The translations under genes were made by a program, and so were the position numbers. 64,000 nucleotides of DNA from Candidatus Harrisonbacteria bacterium (GTDB lineage: Bacteria > Patescibacteriota > Minisyncoccia > UBA6257 > 02-FULL-45-10c). Positions 54,698 through 64,000 of the stretch are shown here, piece by piece. The stretch covers positions 67,801 through 131,800 of the forward strand of contig JACROC010000002.1 of NCBI GenBank assembly GCA_016214655.1, in the 5' to 3' direction. The notes beneath the pieces are model-generated. The model was not told where the DNA came from. It made no database searches and worked only from the letters and a program-made list of their open reading frames with translations. The number at the start of each line of letters is the position of its first letter. The first letter of the stretch is position 1.

Positions 54698-55273
54698 CTA
54701 GAGCGAAAGTCCCGGAGCTGTTCCAAGTTCATAAACATCAGCGTCAGTGCCGCCATCTTTGGATTCCTTATCATCCGTACCGGTATTTGCATATCTGGCA
54801 CTTTCCAGATTCGCATCCAACTCAAACGTCTTGGCGGTATTATCGCAGGCATAGGAATAGAAATAAGTTGCATCGTTGATTGGATCAATCGGCAAAATTG
54901 CCAGCGGTGCGCCGCCTGGAATAGCGCCAAGATTCACTGGCACCCAGCCATTGCCATCCACTTCCCTAGTAAGATCCTCGGTAGTAGTTTTAGTACCGTG
55001 GCGTCCGCCGCAATTGGCCGCAACTCCTGAAGCACCAACATAACAAAGGGTCGAGCAGCTATTTGTGCCGCCATCCATATCAGGACCAGTGACAGTAGCA
55101 AGATAAGTGGCTAACGCGCCATTTAAATTACTCAAATCCTGAAACCTGGTAGCATCGCGTCCTTGGGCAAAAAATTGGGCTGGATTCAATACCAAAACCG
55201 TAACCGTACCCAAAATGGCCAAAATACCGATAACGATGACTAATTCTAATAATGTAAAACCTTTAATTGCCAT
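54698..55273 (-). CDS. pilA: Type IV pilin (probable major pilin)
   Basis: 'MAIKG|FTLLELVIVIGILAILG'. Confidence 0.8.
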   Translation of the reverse strand: MAIKGFTLLELVIVIGILAILGTVTVLVLNPAQFFAQGRDATRFQDLSNLNGALATYLATVTGPDMDGGTNSCSTLCYVGASGVAANCGGRHGTKTTTEDLTREVDGNGWVPVNLGAIPGGAPLAILPIDPINDATYFYSYACDNTAKTFELDANLESARYANTGTDDKESKDGGTDADVYELGTAPGLSL

Positions 55274-55377
55274 AAAAAATTAAAATTAAGCTTATTTTCT
55301 CGACCAGTTATGATTAGTTTAAGTATAGCATATCCATAATAAACGTAACCCAAGGCCTGTGGATAACCACGTCACCT

Positions 55378-55746
55378 TTACACCCCCAGAAAAGCCCTTA
55401 TTTTGGAGACTAATTCATCAATAGTAACCTTGGCCTTTACGATATAATCCGCCACGCCTAATTCCCTGCCCCTTTCAACGTCGGTATCCTGGCCTAAATT
55501 AGAGATAATAATCACCGGAATCTTAGCCGTTTCCGAAACTGCCCTTATCTCTTCCAAAACCTCAAATCCGGACTTTCCCGGCAAAATAAGATCAAGTAAA
55601 ATCAGGTCCGGCTTTTGTGCCTGGGCAGCTTTTGCCGCTTCACTACCGCTTTTCACCGAAACCAAATCAAACCCTTCCCGCTTCAGGCGGTTTCCCAGAA
55701 GAGAAGACAAAAACGGGTCGTCTTCAATAAGTAAAATCTTTTTCAT
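55378..55746 (-). CDS. Single-domain response regulator (CheY-like receiver)
   Basis: 'ILLIEDD...DLILLDLILPGKSG...KAK' with the conserved Asp/Lys pattern. Confidence 0.8.
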   Translation of the reverse strand: MKKILLIEDDPFLSSLLGNRLKREGFDLVSVKSGSEAAKAAQAQKPDLILLDLILPGKSGFEVLEEIRAVSETAKIPVIIISNLGQDTDVERGRELGVADYIVKAKVTIDELVSKIRAFLGV

Positions 55747-55785
55747 AATCGGAGCAATTCCTAATAATGCGAATTATAGCAAATA

Positions 55786-56064
55786 ATGCTGATAATACCT
55801 AGGCTATTGACGAAATATTTTAATATGATATTATCTGAACAGTACAAATTCGTAAAGCTCGGGGAACGCATGAGAAAGTTGCTGAACGATTATTGGTTTT
55901 ACTGCAAGCATGTCTGGCGTAACCCGCTCTGTTACATATTAACACTGCCGCCGCTCTTCGGCTCAGGTTTAATCGTAATGAGACTAACTACTACGACTTT
56001 CCTGATGCTCCTTGTTCCTGCCATTGTGATGTTACAGCTCTATCTAGAATCCAAATTACTATAA
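55786..56064 (+). CDS. Hypothetical small hydrophobic protein
   Basis: ORF only, with a terminator hairpin downstream (56093..56130). Confidence 0.3.
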   Translation: MLIIPRLLTKYFNMILSEQYKFVKLGERMRKLLNDYWFYCKHVWRNPLCYILTLPPLFGSGLIVMRLTTTTFLMLLVPAIVMLQLYLESKLL

Positions 56065-56092
56065 AAAACTCCACCGAAAAACTAACCCTCAA

Positions 56093-56130
56093 ACAAGACG
56101 CCGAATCTTAATTGATATGGCGTCTTTTTT
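56093..56130 (+). terminator. Rho-independent terminator
   Basis: aagacgcc...ggcgtctt stem followed by TTTTTTT. Confidence 0.55.
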
Positions 56131-56589
56131 TATTTAAAAAATCTAACTCCTATCAACCACTCCACTAAAATAAAAACAAGCTAGTATGTTTTGTAGAGCA
56201 ACAGTGAGTTTATTTTTTCTGCATCATAAAAACGGGTTACTGTGCTTTGTAGAGAAACTACGAAACCCAAACTCCATCAACCAAACTAAAAAAGGTTTAC
56301 TTGTTTATCGTGCAGTAACTACGGAGCCGCGATTTGCTAGGTTTGTTTTGCGAAGCAAAACAAAAATCGCGGCGAGGCGTAGGAGCCGCTTGCCGCAGGA
56401 GCAAGCGGACTCCGGTACTGTCAGATAAATAAGTAAACCTTTTTAAGAAAACTTTCTAGTTATCCCAACCTTATGCGACCCGATATAAATATCGGATAAG
56501 CAAATCGAGACTTAAGGTTCCTCGATCAACACCTTTGAATATGCTTTCGCATACTATCGTTCTCCATCAAATATAAATATTTGATTTTT

Positions 56590-58555
<1,966 letters not shown>

Positions 58556-58957
58556 TAAATTTGATTGCAGGAAACCCTCGAACGAGTTTCTCGCAACCAA
58601 ATTCTGTATTGGGACAACTAGAAAATTTTCTTTTTTAATCTTGGACTCGCTCATCCCGCAACACGGGACAAACGATTTTGCTCAATTAACTAATTGATAA
58701 TTTTACCTTTTTGTTTTATCAAAGCGGCGAGTACTATTTTCCGTGAAAATAATACACCCGCCTTGTTCCTCGGTTTCCCAAGAAGCAAGGCGGATGTACT
58801 TTAAAAATCCAAATATTTATTTTTTAATTAAGCACCAATAATCATATTAGTAATATACATTATATTCGCAAACACAAATAGCGTCAATACCCCTCCAAAA
58901 CTTTCTTCCCCGCGCAGTTTAAATGCGCGGAGACTGAAAATTCTCGAGAATTTTCGT

Positions 58958-59188
58958 TTATTGTTGTCCGCTTGGCATGCAAGTGCCGCAATCCGAACAA
59001 TCCATCTTAATCGGAGTAGCTAAAGCGGCAAGAACCAGCGCATTCCAATACCAAGCTAACGGCTCCAGGCCCGCGACTAATCCCCGACTCCAGACTGCTA
59101 CCCATGCCATAACTAAAGAAACTGCGCTAGCCAGCCACAAAAGCTTCCAAAGCAAGCACTTCCGTGAATGACTCATTAAACTTTTCAT
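58958..59188 (-). CDS. Hypothetical small membrane protein with a Cys-rich C-terminus (76 aa)
   Basis: Two hydrophobic helices and C-terminal 'DCSDCGTCMPSG'. GC-rich. Could be spurious. Confidence 0.3.
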   Translation of the reverse strand: MKSLMSHSRKCLLWKLLWLASAVSLVMAWVAVWSRGLVAGLEPLAWYWNALVLAALATPIKMDCSDCGTCMPSGQQ

Positions 59189-59310
59189 AAAATTGCAGGA
59201 ATGATTATTGCGACCTTTATTTATAAATCCAATTATAACAATAAAATCTCCGGTGGCAAAATACTAGGTCCCTTGCCAAAACAAAATTTCATATATATAA
59301 TAAATCAAAT

Positions 59311-59580
59311 ATGAAACAAGATGTCCATCCAACTTATTTTCCAAAAGCAAAAGTGAAATGCGCTTGCGGCGCGGTTTTTGAAATTGGCTCAACTAAGCCG
59401 GAACTCTTAGTCGAAATCTGCTCCCATTGCCACCCCTTCTTTACCGGTAAAGAAAAACTTATTGATACCGCCGGAAAGGTAGAGAAATTCAAAGCGCGCA
59501 GAGAAAAAGCCGCTGCTTCTGCTGCTAAACGCCAGACTAAAAAGGGAAAAAAGCCAAGGGTAAAGAAGCAGAAGAAATAA
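59311..59580 (+). CDS. rpmE: 50S ribosomal protein L31
   Basis: '[10 protein letters not shown]...[33 protein letters not shown]'. Confidence 0.85.
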   Translation: MKQDVHPTYFPKAKVKCACGAVFEIGSTKPELLVEICSHCHPFFTGKEKLIDTAGKVEKFKARREKAAASAAKRQTKKGKKPRVKKQKK

Positions 59581-59597
59581 CTACCTTGAGCGATTAG

Positions 59598-59628
59598 CGA
59601 CTAGTGGTTAGCCACTAGTTTTTATTTT
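59598..59628 (+). terminator. rpmE terminator
   Basis: actagtgg-ttag-ccactagt followed by tttttatttt. Confidence 0.6.
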
Positions 59629-59681
59629 GAATATTTCAAAGTTTACTAGTCGCTAGTGGCTAGTCGCTAACTACTAAAAAT

Positions 59682-60407
59682 ATGGTTCAAAAACTAATTC
59701 TCGAAATAAGAGGCGGAGCCGGCGGCGATGAAGCCTCTATCTTTGCCGGTGACCTGGCCAGAATGTATCAGCGTTATGCCGCAACTAAAAGCTGGAAATT
59801 TGGCATTCTCGATACCAGCGCCGGAACAATTGGCGGCTATAAAACTTTTATCAGCCGAGTGGAGGGTGAGGAATGCTTTAACGCGTTAAAACAAGAGTCC
59901 GGAGTGCATCGAGTACAGAGAATTCCTAAAACCGAAAAATCCGGCCGCGTGCATACTTCTACCGCTACCGTGGCAATTCTGCCGGTAGTAGAACCGAAAG
60001 AAGTAAATATTAATCAAGGAGACCTTGAGGTTACTTTCTCACGCGCCGGCGGCCCAGGAGGACAGAATGTGAATAAAATCGAATCCGCAGTCCGGATCTT
60101 GCATAAACCGACTGGCATTGTAGTTTCCTGCCGGGAAGAACGGAATCAGCATGCCAACCGCGAACGCGCTATGGAGGTGCTCCGCGCAAAGCTATATGAA
60201 ATCCAGCAAACTAAAGAAGTCGGAGATATTACTGCCGCCCGCCGCGAACAAGTCGGCAGTGCGGATAGGTCAGAAAAAATCCGCACCTACAATTTCCCGG
60301 ACGACCGAATAACCGACCACCGATTCAATATTAAAGTGCACAATATAGAAAATGTTTTAGAAGGCGACCTAGATGCGCTTTTAAAGAAAATCAACAAAGC
60401 CCAATAA
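59682..60407 (+). CDS. prfA: Class I peptide chain release factor (RF1-like, PKT motif) lacking N-terminal domain 1
   Basis: 'ILEIRGGAGGDEA', 'RVQRIPKTEKSGRVHTS' (a PxT-type codon-recognition loop) and 'GGQNVNK' (the GGQ motif). It is only 241 aa. The upstream 100 nt hold the rpmE terminator and have stop codons in all frames. Confidence 0.7.
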   Translation: MVQKLILEIRGGAGGDEASIFAGDLARMYQRYAATKSWKFGILDTSAGTIGGYKTFISRVEGEECFNALKQESGVHRVQRIPKTEKSGRVHTSTATVAILPVVEPKEVNINQGDLEVTFSRAGGPGGQNVNKIESAVRILHKPTGIVVSCREERNQHANRERAMEVLRAKLYEIQQTKEVGDITAARREQVGSADRSEKIRTYNFPDDRITDHRFNIKVHNIENVLEGDLDALLKKINKAQ

Positions 60408-60409
60408 AA

Positions 60410-61906
60410 TTATTGAGAGCTTGCGTCCAAAATTTCAATATCCCTTTCAAAATCCGCCGCGCGTTCGGCAACACGATATCCGTATCGGCCAACTCTCATA
60501 TAAGAACGCCAGCTGCCTCCGGCATAATATTTTGCCGCGGCACAATTTTCCTGCGAAAAAATAGTGCTATAAATAGATTGGCATCCTGTAAGGCCGTCCT
60601 TTAAATAGAGCGCAGTCGCGGTAAATGCATCCGCATTATTGAATGGCGATGGCGGCTCATTGCCGGTAATACCGACTACCCGTTCTTTGTAAATCTGCCA
60701 GGTAGCTGGCATAAATTGCGCGGGTCCCATTGCTCCGCCATAGGAGCCGTCCGAAATAATCGGGCAAGATATTGGTGTTTTCGCGGGATCAAGCTTCAGC
60801 TCCGACATCAGTGCCAAAAATACAGATTTTTGCTGATTACTCATCACCGTTCCGCTTGGATTTCGTCTCGGATCATTGTAATAACATTTACCTAGATTCA
60901 CGCCGATCACGCCGTCCACTGACGATTCCTGGGTAAGTATCGCAAGGGTAAATGCGGCGCGCACACCCGTTGCGCTCTCGGCAACTTTCGCGATTTTCAC
61001 CGCCTCGCCAAAAGGCAATTCGCCTCCCCCCAGTAATTTAAAAATTTGGCTTCGGATTTGAGCGGCGGTCTTTTGAGTCTCCTTCAGGAGAGTTTTATAC
61101 TTTTCTTCATTTCCTTTCGTAATCTGCAAAAGGTTGGCTTTTTCACTTTTAACATTATTCAAAGAAGCCCGCTGGGAATCTTGGTAAGTTTTTAATTGCT
61201 CGGCGTCATTTTTCCTGACCGCCAGGGCTTCTTTTTCATTCAAGAGATCTTCGCGAAGCTGCAAAACCTTTTCCAAAGCACCGCGCACGCTTTCCTGCAC
61301 ATCTATTAAATCGCTGATATCGGCAAAAAAGTCCGCCAACGACGGCTTGCGCAACAAAATCTCGGCCAAGCTTACATTTTCTTTTTCATAAATACTCTGA
61401 AGATAACGGGTAAGCGTATCCTTGCTCTGGTCTATTTTTTCCTCCGTCTGGCTAATTTTATTTTTATTCACAACAATCTCTCCGTTTAATTTCTGAAGCG
61501 AAAGAGTAATGGCCTTGACCTGAAGATTTAACTTATTAATCTTTGCGTTCAAACGGCTGATTTCATCCTGCAAACCCTTACCCTTACTCTTATATTGATC
61601 GACTGTTTCCTGGTAATTGGCAATCTGCGCTTCCAGATCTTCCAGCTGTTTTTCTAATTGTTGTCGCTCATCTTCATTTTCCGCGGCAAAAGAATGCTGA
61701 TTCTGCCCGACCGGCGCCAGCGCCGATCCGAAAACCAAATAGGAAAAAACAACTGCTGTAACAGCGATTTTGGACAATAAAATAAAAGGGATTTTAATAA
61801 TCTTTCGGCTGCTTAAATTCACCCGCGATTTAATTTCAAGATCACTGCTCTTATTTGAATATAAATCCCTGAGAACTCGGGGCCTATTTCTAAACATATA
61901 TTTCAA
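60410..61906 (-). CDS. Membrane-anchored coiled-coil protein with a C-terminal lytic transglycosylase (MltB-like) domain
   Basis: 'GAMGPAQFMPATW' is a lytic murein transglycosylase motif. N-terminal TM helix and ~250 aa of coiled coil. Confidence 0.65.
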   Translation of the reverse strand: MKYMFRNRPRVLRDLYSNKSSDLEIKSRVNLSSRKIIKIPFILLSKIAVTAVVFSYLVFGSALAPVGQNQHSFAAENEDERQQLEKQLEDLEAQIANYQETVDQYKSKGKGLQDEISRLNAKINKLNLQVKAITLSLQKLNGEIVVNKNKISQTEEKIDQSKDTLTRYLQSIYEKENVSLAEILLRKPSLADFFADISDLIDVQESVRGALEKVLQLREDLLNEKEALAVRKNDAEQLKTYQDSQRASLNNVKSEKANLLQITKGNEEKYKTLLKETQKTAAQIRSQIFKLLGGGELPFGEAVKIAKVAESATGVRAAFTLAILTQESSVDGVIGVNLGKCYYNDPRRNPSGTVMSNQQKSVFLALMSELKLDPAKTPISCPIISDGSYGGAMGPAQFMPATWQIYKERVVGITGNEPPSPFNNADAFTATALYLKDGLTGCQSIYSTIFSQENCAAAKYYAGGSWRSYMRVGRYGYRVAERAADFERDIEILDASSQ

Positions 61907-61948
61907 TTATATCAAAGAAAGGCCCGATTGAATCGGGCCTTGAAAGAA

Positions 61949-62650
61949 TTATTTTGACGGCGGGATTTTAGCTTCCGGTACAGGCTGGGCTTCTGTCGTT
62001 GCGGGTTGCGCCGTTTCCCGTTCAGCTTTCTTCTCTTCAGTTTCCACTTTGACTGCCTCAACGCCGCCGGTAGCTGCCTGCTGCATAGCGAGCTCTTCTG
62101 CTTCAGTCATTTTAGCCGTTACCGTAACAACCACCGTATCCGGACTGACTAAAAATCTGACGTTGGCCGGAATTGCCAAATCTTTTACATAAATACTTTG
62201 GCCGATATCAGTTAATCCGGCCAAATCAACTTTCAGATCATGGGGTAGATCAGCCGGCAAAGCCTCTACTTCCATCTCCTGAAGGGATTTTACTAAAAGA
62301 CCGTTCTTTTCTTTTACTGCCGGCGCTATGCCGACAAATTCCAGCGGAATGCCGACTTTCAGCTTCTCATCCATGCGGACCTGATATAAATCAACACTTT
62401 CAATATCGTCAGTTAAAGAATCATAAGCAACTTCTTGAATCAGTACTGGGTGCTTCTGGCCGTCCAATAAAACATTAACGATGGTGTTTTCGCCCGCTTC
62501 TTTATAAACCTTCTTAAATTCTCTTTTGGGAACGCTTAAATGAAGGTTCTCTAAACCTCTTCCGTAGAGCTCGGCTGGAATTAGCCCCTCCCTACGGAGT
62601 GCCTTAACGCCACGCCCCAGTATCTCACGCTTTTGAACCTGTAATTCCAT
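61949..62650 (-). CDS. rplY: 50S ribosomal protein L25 / general stress protein Ctc
   Basis: 'LQVQKREILGRGVKALRREGLIPAELYG' with an acidic C-terminal tail. Confidence 0.8.
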   Translation of the reverse strand: MELQVQKREILGRGVKALRREGLIPAELYGRGLENLHLSVPKREFKKVYKEAGENTIVNVLLDGQKHPVLIQEVAYDSLTDDIESVDLYQVRMDEKLKVGIPLEFVGIAPAVKEKNGLLVKSLQEMEVEALPADLPHDLKVDLAGLTDIGQSIYVKDLAIPANVRFLVSPDTVVVTVTAKMTEAEELAMQQAATGGVEAVKVETEEKKAERETAQPATTEAQPVPEAKIPPSK

Positions 62651-62719
62651 AACTTAATACATCTAATAACAATGTAGGTTATTATACATTTTCCAAAAAA
62701 TAATTGCAAGAAGAAGGAG

Positions 62720-64000
62720 TTATATCTCTAAATCTTTATCGATATCGCGGATTTCCTTTTCTACCAGCATTTCTGAGCCATTTAATTGTTTGATGATTTC
62801 TTTCTTTAATTCCCGGTTATCCGGCGAAGAATCACTGATGCGAGTTTCAATGTATTTTTTTAGCGCGCCAAAGGCTATATGCAACGCGTGCTCGCTTTCC
62901 GCAATACTGTGTTTCAATTTTTCTTTGGTTGATTTTATCTTGTAAAAGATAGCTATCAGCAAAACCAGCAAACCGATTAACACTACTACCAGCATTATAT
63001 TACCGAAAATTGACTGGAAACGGGCACTTGCAGATTCTTGCACCGGTATTTTGTACTTTTCGGTAGTGGCACTCTTTAATCCTTTTTCATCCTCCGATTC
63101 TGCCCAGATGTTGTAAACTCCCGCCGAAACCGGCTTTTTATAAATTAAAGTAAAGTTACCGCTGGAATCGCTGGCAACCGTTTCAACCATTGGCTCATCC
63201 CCATCTTTCTGCAGAGAAATTTTTATCTTTGAGTCAGGCGATGCAATGCCTCGGACAACTAAAATATCTCCGTCATAAAGCTGCTGGGGCAGATCCAGAA
63301 ACTCCGGGGTTTTCAGCGTGTCAACGGTGATCTCGATTGAGGATTCCAAATATTTGTCCGCTCCGTAATAAGCGCGTACGGTAATTACATGCTTCCCCGG
63401 ACCGAGCTGAGGCGTTGTATAAATATGATTCCCGTCGTCCTGCCATGTCAGGAAATCTCCGCTGTCTATCCGAATTTCATAATGGTCTATGGGCGAATCA
63501 AAATTTCTGACGTCAAATTTCAATCTGGGGCTAGGCGTATTAACCGGCATACCATCCAAAGAAGTAATAGCAAACCTGGCCTCCGGCGATGGCAATCTCG
63601 GAGCATTTATTTGCGGCTCAATGACATATTTAGCATTGCCTATTTGGGTTAAAATATTAGTTCCTAATCCGTCATTGGCTAAAACCGATGAAGAAGGAAA
63701 GGTGAGATTGGCGGTTCCTTCGGCTTTTGGCTTAAAAGTAATCTGCAGAATCTTGCCATTCCTCCCGATAAAACCCGGATTCAATACCACCCCTTCCATT
63801 CTTATCTTGCCGGTACTATTGTCAAGGGTCGGCTCTTCCACCCAAAAATTGATGATAGAACCGCTTTTAGACAGACTAGAAACGGATAATATGTCTTTCG
63901 GAAAATCTATTATTGCCTGAACCGCATTCATGGCCTGATCCGGGCTGGAAACATTGACACTAACGCTGAAAGCGCCTCCTACACTGTAAGTTCCGGATGC
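62720..64000 (-). CDS. Large surface protein with a C-terminal TM anchor, 5'-partial; the frame is open past the window end
   Basis: No stop upstream of the M at 63931. C-terminal helix 'IMLVVVLIGLLVLLIAIFY'. Confidence 0.6.
   Translation of the reverse strand, partial: ASGTYSVGGAFSVSVNVSSPDQAMNAVQAIIDFPKDILSVSSLSKSGSIINFWVEEPTLDNSTGKIRMEGVVLNPGFIGRNGKILQITFKPKAEGTANLTFPSSSVLANDGLGTNILTQIGNAKYVIEPQINAPRLPSPEARFAITSLDGMPVNTPSPRLKFDVRNFDSPIDHYEIRIDSGDFLTWQDDGNHIYTTPQLGPGKHVITVRAYYGADKYLESSIEITVDTLKTPEFLDLPQQLYDGDILVVRGIASPDSKIKISLQKDGDEPMVETVASDSSGNFTLIYKKPVSAGVYNIWAESEDEKGLKSATTEKYKIPVQESASARFQSIFGNIMLVVVLIGLLVLLIAIFYKIKSTKEKLKHSIAESEHALHIAFGALKKYIETRISDSSPDNRELKKEIIKQLNGSEMLVEKEIRDIDKDLEI

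Noticed and set aside
56511-56536. A true 16S 3' terminus reading GGUGUUGAUCGAGGAACCUUAAG
   Set aside because: It resembles the terminal helix but lacks CCUCC, and it is inconsistent with the AAGGAGG sites on the mRNAs. It is kept as part of the anomaly finding rather than as the gene end.

Overview
This 64-kb window looks like a low-GC (~40%) streamlined bacterial genome with Candidate Phyla Radiation (Patescibacteria) hallmarks: small genes, strong AAGGAGG ribosome-binding sites, a type IV pilus cluster, an intron-bearing 16S rRNA gene and an intron-bearing tRNA. No transposases, integrases or CRISPR arrays were found.

Gene content, start to end:
- Two surface/secreted repeat proteins (one 5'-partial); the second carries an in-frame 8-nt tandem repeat.
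- Housekeeping genes rdgB and two SAM-dependent methyltransferases.
- An NAD salvage and regulation neighbourhood from 5.1 to 16.8 kb: nadD, a histidine-phosphatase-family gene, pncB-pncA, an ADP-ribosylglycohydrolase operon with an NDT-like/NUDIX fusion, nadE with an NrtR-family regulator and an unknown 415-aa protein, and divergent nadK. Three copies of a palindrome TAGTGT-N7-ACACT(A) lie in its promoter regions and are candidate NrtR operators.
- A GC-richer ~4-kb segment (16.8-20.8 kb) flanked by ~50-bp imperfect direct repeats; it holds an AAA ATPase, a membrane protein and a coiled-coil protein.
- A LemA-TPM-TPM operon, secreted proteins and truB.
- xfp-ackA, obg, a PP-loop ATPase fusion, and a tRNA-Asn(GUU) split by a 184-nt group I intron.
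- nrdJ, ftsA-ftsZ, ybeY, pilin genes and a GDPD-family gene, separated by two identical ~147-bp direct repeats.
- rpsU, hisS, lepB, pth and a type IV pilus cluster (pilM/N, three pseudopilins, pilC, pilB, pilin, response regulator). Telomere-like G-quadruplex repeats sit upstream of pilB.
- A 16S rRNA gene (minus strand) with a 480-nt insertion near the decoding centre and no anti-Shine-Dalgarno sequence found after GGAUCA (none within ~500 nt).
- rpmE, a release-factor-1-like gene lacking domain 1, a lytic transglycosylase, rplY, and a 5'-partial surface protein.

The most novel-looking signal is a pair of ~130-nt homologous, GC-rich elements in inverted orientation flanking nadD. Each lies in the 5' leader of a divergent gene, and two of their hairpins are preserved by compensatory base changes, which points to a structured cis-regulatory RNA.
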